A stretch of 64,000 bases of DNA from an uncultured Clostridia bacterium (GCA_934778215.1 CAKVOE010000003.1:6758-70757); one strand, 5' to 3'; shown: positions 16,367 through 26,285, counted from the first letter of the stretch. The notes: a model not told the origin generated them from the sequence alone. Translations and numbers: made by a program.

Positions 16367-17995
16367 TTAAATTAATATTTGTCTTTTTAGCACAACCGCT
16401 TCAAAAGGACTTAACTCGCCCCTAACCACTTCGCCGTAATTTGTATAAACTATTTCACCCACAGGCAAAAGATATTTTTTTACCTCATCGGTTAAATTTA
16501 CAGTTACATCATATTCCGTTTTGCCCGACCTTCTTAAAAACCTACAAACACCCTTTGGTGCTCGTTTAAAAATGCAATCGCCAAAGCAGAAAACATCAGC
16601 ATTTTCCTTTCTTAGTGACAAAATTTTTCTGTATTCATTTAACGCAGAATGCTCCTCCACTTGCTCCACCGCAACATTTAAAGAGTGGTAGTTTGGGTTA
16701 ACAACAAACCACGGCTTGTGTTCGCTAAACCCCGCAAACGCCGAACCATTCCACTGCATCATTGTTCTTGCGTTGTCCCTACTGGTCTTTTTTAACTTTT
16801 CTAAGACATCATTTTTCTCTTGCTCAGATTTTGCAAGTTCTATTAAAATTTTGGCATTAACATCTTCAAAGTCTGCCCGACTTTTAAACGGATACCCCGT
16901 CATTGCCAGCTCTTCGCCCTGATAAATTATTGGCGTACCTTTTAATAAATACATTGCACAAGCAAATGCCGAAGCACTTTTGCTAAGGGCTTTGGTGTTT
17001 CCATACATACTAACTAATCTTTGATAGTCGTGATTTGTCCAAAAAAGTGTAGACCAGCCACCAAGGTTAATAAGTTTTTCTTTGTTTTTTAACGAATTAA
17101 TAATGGCTTTATAGTCAGGCTTACCCGTTTTGTCAAACCGGTTAAGATGCGAAAACTCAAAAACCATATCAAGTTCGCCTCTATTATTTCCCGAAAATTT
17201 TAATTGGTCCAAAAGGTTAGGATTTCCCCCAAGTTCGCCCATGGTAACCACATTTTTTGTTTTAACACCCGACAAAATTTTTGTTAAAAACTTATGTGCC
17301 TCGTCTGTGTTTGAAAACATTTTGTATGTTTTGTTTACCTTTCCATTTTTAAAGGACAAATTTTTGCCAATGTGCGATATTGCGTCCATTCTAAACCCAT
17401 CAACCGATAAATCCGCCCAAAACTCTAAAACATCACGAATTTGTTTTATGGCAAACTCCGAATTGAAATTTATATCTGGCATTGTTTTAGAAAACAATTT
17501 TAAAAAGTACTGACCCCTAGCCGAATTATATTCCCACGCGCTTCCACCAAAAAAGGACTCCCAATTATTTGGGGGTAACATTTTGCCTTCATCGTTATAT
17601 TTAGGATTTTTCCAATAATAAAAATCTTCATAATCGGTTGCACGGGCAACACTTTTTATAAACCAGTTATGCTCGCTAGATGTATGATTTATAACCATAT
17701 CTATAATTACTTTTAGTCCCAAAGAGTGCGCTCTTGACACCAAATTTTTAAAGTCTTCAATGGTTCCATACTGGCTATAAATTTTTCTATAATCTTTAAC
17801 ATCATAGCCGTTGTCGTCCATTGGCGAATCAAAAAATGGACTTATCCAAATAAAATCTGCTCCTAAATTTTTTATGTAATCTAATTTATTTGTAACGCCC
17901 GCAATATCTCCAACGCCGTCATTATTTGAGTCAAAAAAACTCTTTAAATATATTTGATAACCAACGGCGCTTTTCCACCATTCATTTTTTTCCAT
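16367..17995 (-). CDS. GH13 alpha-glucosidase / oligo-1,6-glucosidase
   Basis: GH13 motifs DGFRMDA, GELGG and NHD, plus N-terminal WWKSAVGYQIY. ATG at 17995 (8 nt from GGAG) is preferred over 18001 (2 nt from it). Confidence 0.85.
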   Translation of the reverse strand: MEKNEWWKSAVGYQIYLKSFFDSNNDGVGDIAGVTNKLDYIKNLGADFIWISPFFDSPMDDNGYDVKDYRKIYSQYGTIEDFKNLVSRAHSLGLKVIIDMVINHTSSEHNWFIKSVARATDYEDFYYWKNPKYNDEGKMLPPNNWESFFGGSAWEYNSARGQYFLKLFSKTMPDINFNSEFAIKQIRDVLEFWADLSVDGFRMDAISHIGKNLSFKNGKVNKTYKMFSNTDEAHKFLTKILSGVKTKNVVTMGELGGNPNLLDQLKFSGNNRGELDMVFEFSHLNRFDKTGKPDYKAIINSLKNKEKLINLGGWSTLFWTNHDYQRLVSMYGNTKALSKSASAFACAMYLLKGTPIIYQGEELAMTGYPFKSRADFEDVNAKILIELAKSEQEKNDVLEKLKKTSRDNARTMMQWNGSAFAGFSEHKPWFVVNPNYHSLNVAVEQVEEHSALNEYRKILSLRKENADVFCFGDCIFKRAPKGVCRFLRRSGKTEYDVTVNLTDEVKKYLLPVGEIVYTNYGEVVRGELSPFEAVVLKRQILI

Positions 17996-18054
17996 AGTCA
18001 TTTCTCCGTAAAATATTACGGATATATTATAACAAAATTTATTTAGATAACAAA

Positions 18055-18088
18055 ATAAAAAGCGGATAGTAAATAAATTACTACCCGC
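18055..18088 (-). terminator. Intrinsic terminator after pheT
   Basis: GCGGGTAGTAA/TTTA/TTTACTATCCGC followed by TTTTTATTTT. Confidence 0.7.
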
Positions 18089-18095
18089 AAAAATA

Positions 18096-20474
18096 TTATC
18101 TTAAATTTATTGACGCATTTTTAAAGTGGTCGGTTAATCTTTTTATAAAGCCATCAATTTCGCCATTGCTTAGCGTATGCTCATTAGAGCAAATGTTAAA
18201 CCTAAAAGTCATTGAGCGGTATGCTCCAAAGTCTTCACTTTCGTAAACATCAATAAGTTTATACTTAACTACAAATTTACATCTAAATTCGCTAATTAGT
18301 TTTTCTATATCTTCAAACTTCATAGTTTTTGGAACCATAAAGTTAAAGTCTAAATCTACCGTTTGAAATTTTGAAACAGGCTTATATGTTTTAACCTTGT
18401 CTGATACCACCATAAATTTGTTAAAGTCAAATTCTAGCAAACAAACGCTCGCACGCTTATCTAACTTTGACTTAATTTCGGGGTGAATAACACCAAAACT
18501 TCCCACAGTTTCGCCATTTATTATACAATCGGTACTCATATTAGGGTGCATCAAACTATTTGTTGTAACACATGTGTAACTTGGCTTTTGCTTGCAAAGC
18601 GATTCGCACAAATTTTCTACTATACGCTTCATTTCAAAATATAAATCTTTTTCGCTTGCTTTATAACTGCCAATAACCAACGCCAAATGTTTTTCTTCTA
18701 TTGCTAAATTCTGGTCATCTGTGCCACTTACAACTCTTCCAATTTCTTCTATTCGTACTTCTTCAAAACTATTTTTGTTTTCATCATACATTTTAATTAG
18801 TGTAGGAAGCAAGGTACTTCTAATACCACTCTGTCCGCTATTAGAACTATCTAACAATTCAACAAAACTCTTGCACTCTATTCCTAAATTTTGGTTGTAG
18901 TCGGCATAATTCCAAATATAACTATGAACCTCACTAAACCCATACTTTTCGGCAAGCAATCTTTTGGTTTTATATTCTAAAATATGTTTTTCATCTTGCA
19001 AAACTGGTTCAACAGACATTTTTAGCGTTTCTGGAACAATGTTGTCATAGCCAAAAAGTCTTGCAACTTCTTCTACCAAATCTTCTTTTATAGATATATC
19101 TTTGGTTGCTCTAAATGACGGAACAACAACCACCAACTTGCCATTTTCGTTCTTTTCTATGGTAAAGCCAAGTTTTTTTAGCGTGTCTACAATAAACTCA
19201 TCGGTAATTTTGTTTGACCCAATTCTCTTACGAATAAAATCGCATTCAACTTCAATTTTTATAGATTTTGGTTCTACCGTTCTTTTATCTCCAACGCTTG
19301 ATGCAATAATAATACCACTATCTATATTAGACAACAATTTTACTAGCCTTGCAATTGCGAGAGTTGTTAGTTCTGGGTCTAATGATTTCTCGTATCTTAG
19401 CGAAGCATCGGTCGAAAGACCAATTGTTTTAGATGCTTTTCTTATAGAAGACGACTCAAACACCGCACTTTCTAGCAAAAAGCCCGTGGTGTCACCGGCT
19501 ATCCCTGAAAGTTTACCACCCTTAATACCCGCAATAGCAACAGGAGTATTGTTTTTGTCACAAATAAGAACGGTACCCTGCTTAACTTTATGAACCTCGC
19601 CTTCTAGCGTCAATAACTCTTCATTTTCTTTTGCTTCACGAACAATAACGCCGTTTACCACTTTGCTATCAAAAGCGTGCATAGGAGTTCCAAGTTCTAG
19701 CATTGTGTAGTTTGTTAAATCTGCCAAAAGGTTAATATCTCTTAACCCGCAATAATTAAGCCTAATCTTCATTATTCTAGGAGATTTTTTAACTGTTACA
19801 TTTTCTATATCTAATGCCGAATAGCGTAAACATTTGTTGGTTTCAACGCTAATAGATGGTGCTTCAATCCCTTTAAGTTTTGAAAGGTCAAGTGTTTCAT
19901 AAGGTTTCATTGGTCTATTAAAAATAGCAGACAATTCTCTTGCAAAACCCACATGACCCCACAAGTCAGGACGGTTTGTTAGTGATTTGTTATCAATTTC
20001 TATCAAGCAGTCGTCTATTGGTAGTACATCTTTAATGTTTGTACCAAGTGGGGCTGTAATATCCTTAAAATCTACAATTCCTTCGTCATCGCTACCAATG
20101 CCAAGTTCGGCTTCGCTACAACACATTCCAAAACTATCCACGCCTGCAAGTTTTGCCTTTTTAATTTTATGACCTGCAACCATACCGCCAATTCTTACAA
20201 GTGCCGTAATCATACCAGCATAAACATTTGGAGCGCCTGTTGCAATTTGCAAATTTTCACCACTGCCATCATTTACCGACAACAAATTTAGGTGTGTCCC
20301 CTCTATCTTTTCGCAACTTTCAACCTTTGCAATTACAACATCTTCCATATCGCTACCAGCGTGCTTAGCCTCTTCAACTTCGGCGGTAGAAAGCGTAATT
20401 CTTTTTACTATTTCATCTTCGGTTAATCCATCTAAATCAACCAAATCTTTTAACCAATTTAATGATATAATCAT
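18096..20474 (-). CDS. pheT: Phenylalanine--tRNA ligase beta subunit
   Basis: 792 aa with N-terminal tRNA-binding domain, B3/4 and B5 domains and a C-terminal FDX-ACB-like domain. Follows pheS. Confidence 0.95.
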   Translation of the reverse strand: MIISLNWLKDLVDLDGLTEDEIVKRITLSTAEVEEAKHAGSDMEDVVIAKVESCEKIEGTHLNLLSVNDGSGENLQIATGAPNVYAGMITALVRIGGMVAGHKIKKAKLAGVDSFGMCCSEAELGIGSDDEGIVDFKDITAPLGTNIKDVLPIDDCLIEIDNKSLTNRPDLWGHVGFARELSAIFNRPMKPYETLDLSKLKGIEAPSISVETNKCLRYSALDIENVTVKKSPRIMKIRLNYCGLRDINLLADLTNYTMLELGTPMHAFDSKVVNGVIVREAKENEELLTLEGEVHKVKQGTVLICDKNNTPVAIAGIKGGKLSGIAGDTTGFLLESAVFESSSIRKASKTIGLSTDASLRYEKSLDPELTTLAIARLVKLLSNIDSGIIIASSVGDKRTVEPKSIKIEVECDFIRKRIGSNKITDEFIVDTLKKLGFTIEKNENGKLVVVVPSFRATKDISIKEDLVEEVARLFGYDNIVPETLKMSVEPVLQDEKHILEYKTKRLLAEKYGFSEVHSYIWNYADYNQNLGIECKSFVELLDSSNSGQSGIRSTLLPTLIKMYDENKNSFEEVRIEEIGRVVSGTDDQNLAIEEKHLALVIGSYKASEKDLYFEMKRIVENLCESLCKQKPSYTCVTTNSLMHPNMSTDCIINGETVGSFGVIHPEIKSKLDKRASVCLLEFDFNKFMVVSDKVKTYKPVSKFQTVDLDFNFMVPKTMKFEDIEKLISEFRCKFVVKYKLIDVYESEDFGAYRSMTFRFNICSNEHTLSNGEIDGFIKRLTDHFKNASINLR

Positions 20475-20486
20475 AGCTTTTCTCCT

Positions 20487-21527
20487 TTACATATCCAAAC
20501 CAAACTGCTTTAAAACCTTTAAATTTCCGCTGTTTAGCCACCTAATATCGTCCATTTCAGACTTTATCATAACAAGTCTATCAAGCCCTAAGCCAAAGGC
20601 AAAACCGCTATATTTAGTACTATCAACACCCGCCTCTTTTAAAACCTTTGGGTGAATCATTCCACAAGGACAAAGTTCTATCCACGAACCGTGTTTGCAA
20701 ACCGAACAGCCACTACCACCGCAGAATGGGCATAGCACATCTAGTTCAAAACTTGGTTCTGTAAAAGGGAAAAACCCCGGACGCAACCTAACTTCTACCT
20801 CTTTACCAAACACCTTACCTAGCATTTGCTTCATAAAATAAATTAAGTTTGCAACCGAAACATCTTCGTCTACAACAACGCCTTCCATCTGAAAGAAGGT
20901 CGTTTCGTGAGAGTGGTCTATTGCTTCATTTCTATAACATCTTCCTGGGAAGATTGCCTTAACATGACCACCATATTTTCTCAAAATTGTATTTTGCAAG
21001 GCCGATGTATGCGTTTTTAGAAGTTCGCCGTTGTTTAGCCAAAAGGTATCTTGCATATCACGAGCAGGGTGAGTTGCTGGCACATTTACCGAATCAAAAC
21101 ACTCATATTCGGTCACAACTTCCTTTCCATCTTCAACCACAAACCCCATAGATTTAAACACATCTTCTAGTTGTTGTTGAATAATGGTTCTTGGGTGCAA
21201 CGACCCAACACCAGTTTCCACCGGCATTGTAATATCAATCTTTTCGCCCGAGGTTAATTCCTTTTGCAATTTTTCCTCTTCAATTTTTTCTTTCTTTTTG
21301 TTTAGGGCGTCTTCTATTTTTTGCTTTAAAGCGTTAATTTTCATTCCCGCTTCTCTTTTCTTTTCTACTGCAACATCTCTAAGCATAGACATAATTTCGG
21401 TAAGTTTGCCCTTTTTCCCCGAAAACTCAACTCTTAGCGACTCCAATTCGTCTGCATTGCCACAGTTATTATATTTTTCATCGAACTCACGACTAATCTT
21501 TTCTACCGATTCGTTAATTTTTTCCAT
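20487..21527 (-). CDS. pheS: Phenylalanine--tRNA ligase alpha subunit
   Basis: 346 aa class II core with FPFTEPS and GFAFGLGLDRL motifs. AGGAG SD. Confidence 0.95.
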   Translation of the reverse strand: MEKINESVEKISREFDEKYNNCGNADELESLRVEFSGKKGKLTEIMSMLRDVAVEKKREAGMKINALKQKIEDALNKKKEKIEEEKLQKELTSGEKIDITMPVETGVGSLHPRTIIQQQLEDVFKSMGFVVEDGKEVVTEYECFDSVNVPATHPARDMQDTFWLNNGELLKTHTSALQNTILRKYGGHVKAIFPGRCYRNEAIDHSHETTFFQMEGVVVDEDVSVANLIYFMKQMLGKVFGKEVEVRLRPGFFPFTEPSFELDVLCPFCGGSGCSVCKHGSWIELCPCGMIHPKVLKEAGVDSTKYSGFAFGLGLDRLVMIKSEMDDIRWLNSGNLKVLKQFGLDM

Positions 21528-21537
21528 TATTTTTCTC

Positions 21538-21834
21538 CTAACAAATTTCTATATGCTTAACGCCCTTTTTGGTGCTTTTTCTATAAAGAACAATCTTTCT
21601 TCCTATCACCGCAACAACATCTGCTTTTAATACATTTGCAACTTCGTCTGCTACAACCCTTGCATCTAAATCTGAGTTTTGTAAAATTGATATTTTTATA
21701 AGTTCTCTTGTATCCAAAACTCCATTTATAGAAAACAACACATCTTCATCTATTTCGCCCTTGCCAAGAGTTACAACTGGGTCAAGCGACTGTGCTTTTG
21801 CACGCAACACACTTCTTTGTTTGCTATTTAACAT
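21538..21834 (-). CDS. yhbY: YhbY-like CRM-domain RNA-binding protein
   Basis: 98 aa with LNSKQRSVLRAKAQSLDPVVTLGKGE, typical of the YhbY/CRS1 family. Confidence 0.8.
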   Translation of the reverse strand: MLNSKQRSVLRAKAQSLDPVVTLGKGEIDEDVLFSINGVLDTRELIKISILQNSDLDARVVADEVANVLKADVVAVIGRKIVLYRKSTKKGVKHIEIC

Positions 21835-21845
21835 AAATTTTTCTC

Positions 21846-23123
21846 CTAATCATCATAAAATTCAAAGTCAAAATCGGCAATTCTTACAGTATCGCCATCT
21901 TTTGCACCCATTTTTCTTAATTTTTTAATAACGCCTTTTTCTTTTAATATCTTTTGAAAATAAGCAAAACTTTGCGTATCACTAAGCACTACATTTCTAA
22001 TCAAACTATCTACAAACCCGCCAATTAATAAAAAGGCTCCGTCTTCATCTCGCACAATATCATATTGAGTTGGGTCGGCTTTTTTGTATTCAAACTTTTC
22101 AAACTTAATTGGCTCAGGCTTTGGCAATTTTTCTATCATTTTTGCCGTTTCGGTTAAAAGTTCTTCTAGTCCTTTATGCTCGTGTGCCGAAACTTTAATT
22201 ACCTTAGGCGGATTTTTTGTTCTGTTTAGTTTTGTTATAAAACTTTTTGCATTTTTTTCCGCATCAACACTATCCATTTTATTTAAAACAATAATACGAG
22301 GTGTTTTATCTAACGCTTTGTCATGCTTTTTTAATTCTTCGGTAACTACCCTATAATCTTTGTATGGGTCACGCCCCTCGCTACCAGATATATCTACCAC
22401 CATCAAAAACAATCTCGTTCTTTCTATGTGTCGCAAAAAATAATGTCCTAAACCTGCTCCATCACTTGCTCCCTCAATAAGTCCGGGAATATCTGCAATG
22501 GTAAATGATTTACCATAAACCCTTGCCACTCCTAGATTTGGAGAAAGCGTTGTAAATTGATAATTTGCAATTTTTGGTCTTGCAGAAGTTAAAACAGAAA
22601 GCAAGGTAGACTTTCCAGCATTTGGGTAACCCACAAGTCCAACATCGGCAATTGTTTTTAATTCCAAAATAAGGCATTCTTCATGTGTAACTTCGCCCGA
22701 TTGGGCGAATGTTGGAGATTTTCTTCTGCTAGACTTAAAGGTTGCATTTCCTTTACCACCCTCGCCTCCGTGCATGGCAACTACCTCATCTCCATCATAA
22801 AATAAATCAGCCAAAACGCCACCCGTTTCGTTGTCTTTAACAATAGTTCCACAAGGAACCTTTATTAAAACGCTTTCGCCCGTTTTACCCGTTGCAACGT
22901 TTGGTCCACCCGACCAACCGTTTTCTGCTTTAAAGCATTTGGTATATCTAAATTCTCCTAGGTCGGTTACATTTTTGTCGGCACGAATAATAATGTCGCC
23001 ACCCCTACCGCCATTTCCGCCGTCAGGAGCGCCAACTCTTACGCATTTTGCCGTATGGAAAGAAACCTTACCAGTTCCACCATTGCCAGATTTTATAAAT
23101 ATTTTTACTCTATCGTCGTACAT
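21846..23123 (-). CDS. obg: GTPase Obg/CgtA
   Basis: Glycine-rich Obg fold (GGNGGRGGDI), G1 motif GYPNAGKST and a C-terminal OCT domain. Confidence 0.95.
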   Translation of the reverse strand: MYDDRVKIFIKSGNGGTGKVSFHTAKCVRVGAPDGGNGGRGGDIIIRADKNVTDLGEFRYTKCFKAENGWSGGPNVATGKTGESVLIKVPCGTIVKDNETGGVLADLFYDGDEVVAMHGGEGGKGNATFKSSRRKSPTFAQSGEVTHEECLILELKTIADVGLVGYPNAGKSTLLSVLTSARPKIANYQFTTLSPNLGVARVYGKSFTIADIPGLIEGASDGAGLGHYFLRHIERTRLFLMVVDISGSEGRDPYKDYRVVTEELKKHDKALDKTPRIIVLNKMDSVDAEKNAKSFITKLNRTKNPPKVIKVSAHEHKGLEELLTETAKMIEKLPKPEPIKFEKFEYKKADPTQYDIVRDEDGAFLLIGGFVDSLIRNVVLSDTQSFAYFQKILKEKGVIKKLRKMGAKDGDTVRIADFDFEFYDD

Positions 23124-23124
23124 T

Positions 23125-23766
23125 TTATTTTCCTTTACATTTTAAATTCAACTTAGGACAAATTTCCCTCACAATACATTCATTGCAATTAGGATTAATT
23201 GCCTTGCAAAAATTCCTGCCATGCAAAACCAACGCGAAATGTGCATCTCTCCACATATCTTTTGGCAATATGCCCTCTAACTTATGCATGGTAGCAGTGG
23301 GAGTTTTTTCGTTGCAAAGTCCAAGTCTTTTGCTTAATCTAAAAACATGCGTATCTACTGCAATTGCCGGCACCTTGTACCAAACAGCAAGAACAACGCT
23401 CGCAACCTTTTCGCCAACCCCCGCCAAACTTACAAGTTCTTCCCTTGTATTTGGAACTTCGCCGTTGTACTTATTAATTATATCCCTAGATGCCGAAATT
23501 ATATTTTTTGCTTTTGCGTTATAAAACCCGCAAGATTTTATATAATCTTTTAACCTTTCTTCCCCTAGTTCAAGCATTTGTTTTGCTGACGATGCCACCA
23601 AAAACAAGTCTTTGGTTACCATATTAACTCGCTTATCGGTACACTGAGCCGACAAAATAACCGCAACCAACAACTCAAAGCAATTGTTAAAATTTAGGGC
23701 GCAGGCATCTTTGGGATAATAATCTATAAGACGTTGAACAATTTCTATCTTTTTTTGCTTTTGCAT
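23125..23766 (-). CDS. nth: Endonuclease III
   Basis: HhH-GPD motif LAGVGEKVASVVL and a 4Fe-4S cluster loop CKAINPNCNECIVREIC. Confidence 0.9.
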   Translation of the reverse strand: MQKQKKIEIVQRLIDYYPKDACALNFNNCFELLVAVILSAQCTDKRVNMVTKDLFLVASSAKQMLELGEERLKDYIKSCGFYNAKAKNIISASRDIINKYNGEVPNTREELVSLAGVGEKVASVVLAVWYKVPAIAVDTHVFRLSKRLGLCNEKTPTATMHKLEGILPKDMWRDAHFALVLHGRNFCKAINPNCNECIVREICPKLNLKCKGK

Positions 23767-23776
23767 AATTTACCAC

Positions 23777-24148
23777 TTATTTTGTAAGATTGTAAATCAT
23801 CATCAAAATTTTAAAGGTAACAGCATCGTCAAAATGGCGAATGTTTAACCCTGTTAAACTTTGAATTCTGTCTAGTCTATAAAGCAAAGTGTTTCGGTGC
23901 AAAAATGACTTTCTTGAAGTTTCGGCAACATTTAAGTCGCACTCAAAAAAGTATTCTACACATCTTGCCATCTCTTCGTTTTCCATAATTCCTCTAAACT
24001 TATCATCAATAAGTTCGTTAGAAAACGCAAGTACATCTTTTAGCGGAACGAAGTCTGCGATAATGTTTAAAAGCCCATTTTTGTCTACACAGTTAATAGA
24101 CTTAGCCTTTTGATGAAACAACTTTTCTACATTTTCTTTGCAAGCCAT
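23777..24148 (-). CDS. Small PucR/CdaR-type HTH domain protein
   Basis: C-terminal SFLHRNTLLYRLDRIQSLTGLN resembles the PucR C-terminal HTH. ATG at 24148 with GGGGGAG SD is preferred over TTG at 24166. Confidence 0.5.
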   Translation of the reverse strand: MACKENVEKLFHQKAKSINCVDKNGLLNIIADFVPLKDVLAFSNELIDDKFRGIMENEEMARCVEYFFECDLNVAETSRKSFLHRNTLLYRLDRIQSLTGLNIRHFDDAVTFKILMMIYNLTK

Positions 24149-24217
24149 ATTTTTCTCCCCCTGCAAAATTTAATACGCATATAATATAACAAATATTTGA
24201 AAATTTTTCAAGTAATT

Positions 24218-25144
24218 TTATAAATTATTCTTTTCGGATATTCTACACAAAAAGCGACCACCAACCGAATCAAAAAAACAGTCATCTATTTGAGAAATTT
24301 TTATTTCTTCTCCCCGCTCCATTTTGTCACACTTTTCATAAATTATGTCTAGGTCGGCTTGCGTTAAATTTATATCCGAAGTGCAAGTTAGAGAAAACCC
24401 ACCTTGCAATTTTTGCAAACTAAATTTTTTAATAAGCGCAACTTCTCCCGCAAGTTTTTTTGCAAGTAAAAAAGCAAAAATTTGCTTAGGAAATTTTAAT
24501 TCTTTTTCTATCGCAAAATCATCATTTAAAACGCCAAAATTCAAATTTAAAATTCTTGCCTTGTAAAATGGGGGCAAATTTTGCCCATTTTCGCCGACTA
24601 TTAGCGTTCCCGAAAAATTATTCAACCACGAAATCAGCTCGCAAAACGCCTGTGATGAAGGTGGAAAATTTTGCAAAATTTTTCCAAAATCTATTAGCAC
24701 AATATCACTATTTTTTACATCAATTCTTGCAAAATTTAAAAATATTTTTTCTACGTCACTCAACTTTTTTACCGAACTTTTTAAAGATAAATGATATTTT
24801 TCCGCCAAGTTTTTGTAGTCGTTTTCAGATAAATTTTTACCATAAATTTTTGCAACAAAAACAATATTTTTTTTAACGCTTCCACGCATAAATGTAAATG
24901 GGTTTGTAATGTAACTCATTTTTATATTTTCGTTTTTTATAACACGTCTTTCATCAGCCCCAATTTTTATGCTACCGCTATAATCGGTAAGCCCGCTTAT
25001 GCAATCAAGCATTGTGCTAATGCCCGCCCCCTCTTCGCCACATATATAAATATGTTCGCCGTTTTGCACTGACATCGAAACATTATGCAATGCTTCAATG
25101 TCGCCATATTTTTTAGATAAATTATTAATAACTATTTTTTCCAT
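24218..25144 (-). CDS. ABC-ATPase-like protein with degenerate catalytic motifs
   Basis: N-terminus VINNLSKKYGDIEALHNVSMSV...GEEGAGISTML is an ABC NBD fold whose Walker A Lys is replaced by Ile. The signature-like motif is LSDVEK and the Walker B-like motif is VLIDFG. The start is uncertain: ATG 25144 fits the domain boundary but has no clear SD. Confidence 0.5.
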   Translation of the reverse strand: MEKIVINNLSKKYGDIEALHNVSMSVQNGEHIYICGEEGAGISTMLDCISGLTDYSGSIKIGADERRVIKNENIKMSYITNPFTFMRGSVKKNIVFVAKIYGKNLSENDYKNLAEKYHLSLKSSVKKLSDVEKIFLNFARIDVKNSDIVLIDFGKILQNFPPSSQAFCELISWLNNFSGTLIVGENGQNLPPFYKARILNLNFGVLNDDFAIEKELKFPKQIFAFLLAKKLAGEVALIKKFSLQKLQGGFSLTCTSDINLTQADLDIIYEKCDKMERGEEIKISQIDDCFFDSVGGRFLCRISEKNNL

Positions 25145-25202
25145 ACTTTTATTATACAACAATTTTAACTCATACAAAAATAATTTTGCCATAAAATAAA
25201 TT

Positions 25203-25754
25203 ATGAAACCTTTTGTTTTAAAATATTTGCTTATTGTGCTTTTATCTAGTTCAATTATTTTGCTATTTTTGTATTCTCCAAAAGCGATAACCACCAATCA
25301 AAAAACGCAATTTGCGTTTTTGCAACTAACCGTTTTAAATAATTTAGATGGTTCATTTATAAATAATGCAACTATTTGCATCACAAACTGCTACGACTAT
25401 TATGTTACAAACAAGTTTGGCAAAACACCCACAATAAAAATTCCACTATTTGCAAATTGCAAAAATGACGATTATTATTTAATAACCCTTCTTTGCTACA
25501 AGGCTGGATACAACGATTATATTTACTTCAATTTAAAATTAAAACCTAATCAAAAGCGAACCGATGTCGTAATAAAACTAGAAGAAATTATAAATGAGGT
25601 CAAAAATCCAACAATTTATTTTGAAGAACCCGCCCGCTGTCAAATAGAAAAAATTATTAATGAGTATAAAAAAATCGGTAAGAAGTTCTTACCGATTTAT
25701 TTTAATTTATTTGGTTTCAATAAATCCAATTGTTCCATCTGCCTTTTTGTATAA
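25203..25754 (+). CDS. Hypothetical secreted/membrane-anchored protein
   Basis: 183 aa with an N-terminal hydrophobic signal/anchor. No SD. Its 3' end overlaps the hpf 3' end by 48 nt. Confidence 0.4.
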   Translation: MKPFVLKYLLIVLLSSSIILLFLYSPKAITTNQKTQFAFLQLTVLNNLDGSFINNATICITNCYDYYVTNKFGKTPTIKIPLFANCKNDDYYLITLLCYKAGYNDYIYFNLKLKPNQKRTDVVIKLEEIINEVKNPTIYFEEPARCQIEKIINEYKKIGKKFLPIYFNLFGFNKSNCSICLFV

Positions 25755-26231
25755 AACACAAACGGCTTTTAGTTTGTCGTGCATAAAGATAAAGAAATCG
25801 TTGCCAATCAACTCCATTTGGTCAAGTGCTTCTTGCTCGCTCATAGGGGTAAGTTCGTAGGTTTTACGCTTAGTAATTTTTACACTTTCAAATGTTGGTT
25901 CATCTTCCACAAATTCAAATTCAGTAAAGTCTGCCTTTGCTCCACGTTTATTAACAAATTTTTCACTGTGCTTAACAATTTGACGCTCTACCTTTGCAAT
26001 ACAACTATCTAAGTTTTGGTACATATTGTCTGATTCAACCTCGCCTCTAACAAACACTGTTGGAGCAGAAAGGTTTAATTCCATTTTGTATCTGTTGCCG
26101 TGTGCAGTTGCAACCACTCTTGCGGTTGCTTCTTTATCAAAGAATTTGTCAAACCTTGAAAGTTTCTTTTCAATTAATGACTTTAATCTATCACTTACTT
26201 TGTAATTTCTTCCTACTATTTCAATTTTCAT
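25707..26231 (-). CDS. hpf: Ribosome hibernation promoting factor (long HPF)
   Basis: 174 aa with a YfiA/S30AE N-domain and a C-terminal dimerisation domain. AGGAG SD. Confidence 0.9.
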   Translation of the reverse strand: MKIEIVGRNYKVSDRLKSLIEKKLSRFDKFFDKEATARVVATAHGNRYKMELNLSAPTVFVRGEVESDNMYQNLDSCIAKVERQIVKHSEKFVNKRGAKADFTEFEFVEDEPTFESVKITKRKTYELTPMSEQEALDQMELIGNDFFIFMHDKLKAVCVLYKKADGTIGFIETK

Positions 26232-26285
26232 AATTATAATCTCCTTTAATTAAATTACATCTATATTATAATATATTTCAAAAAT

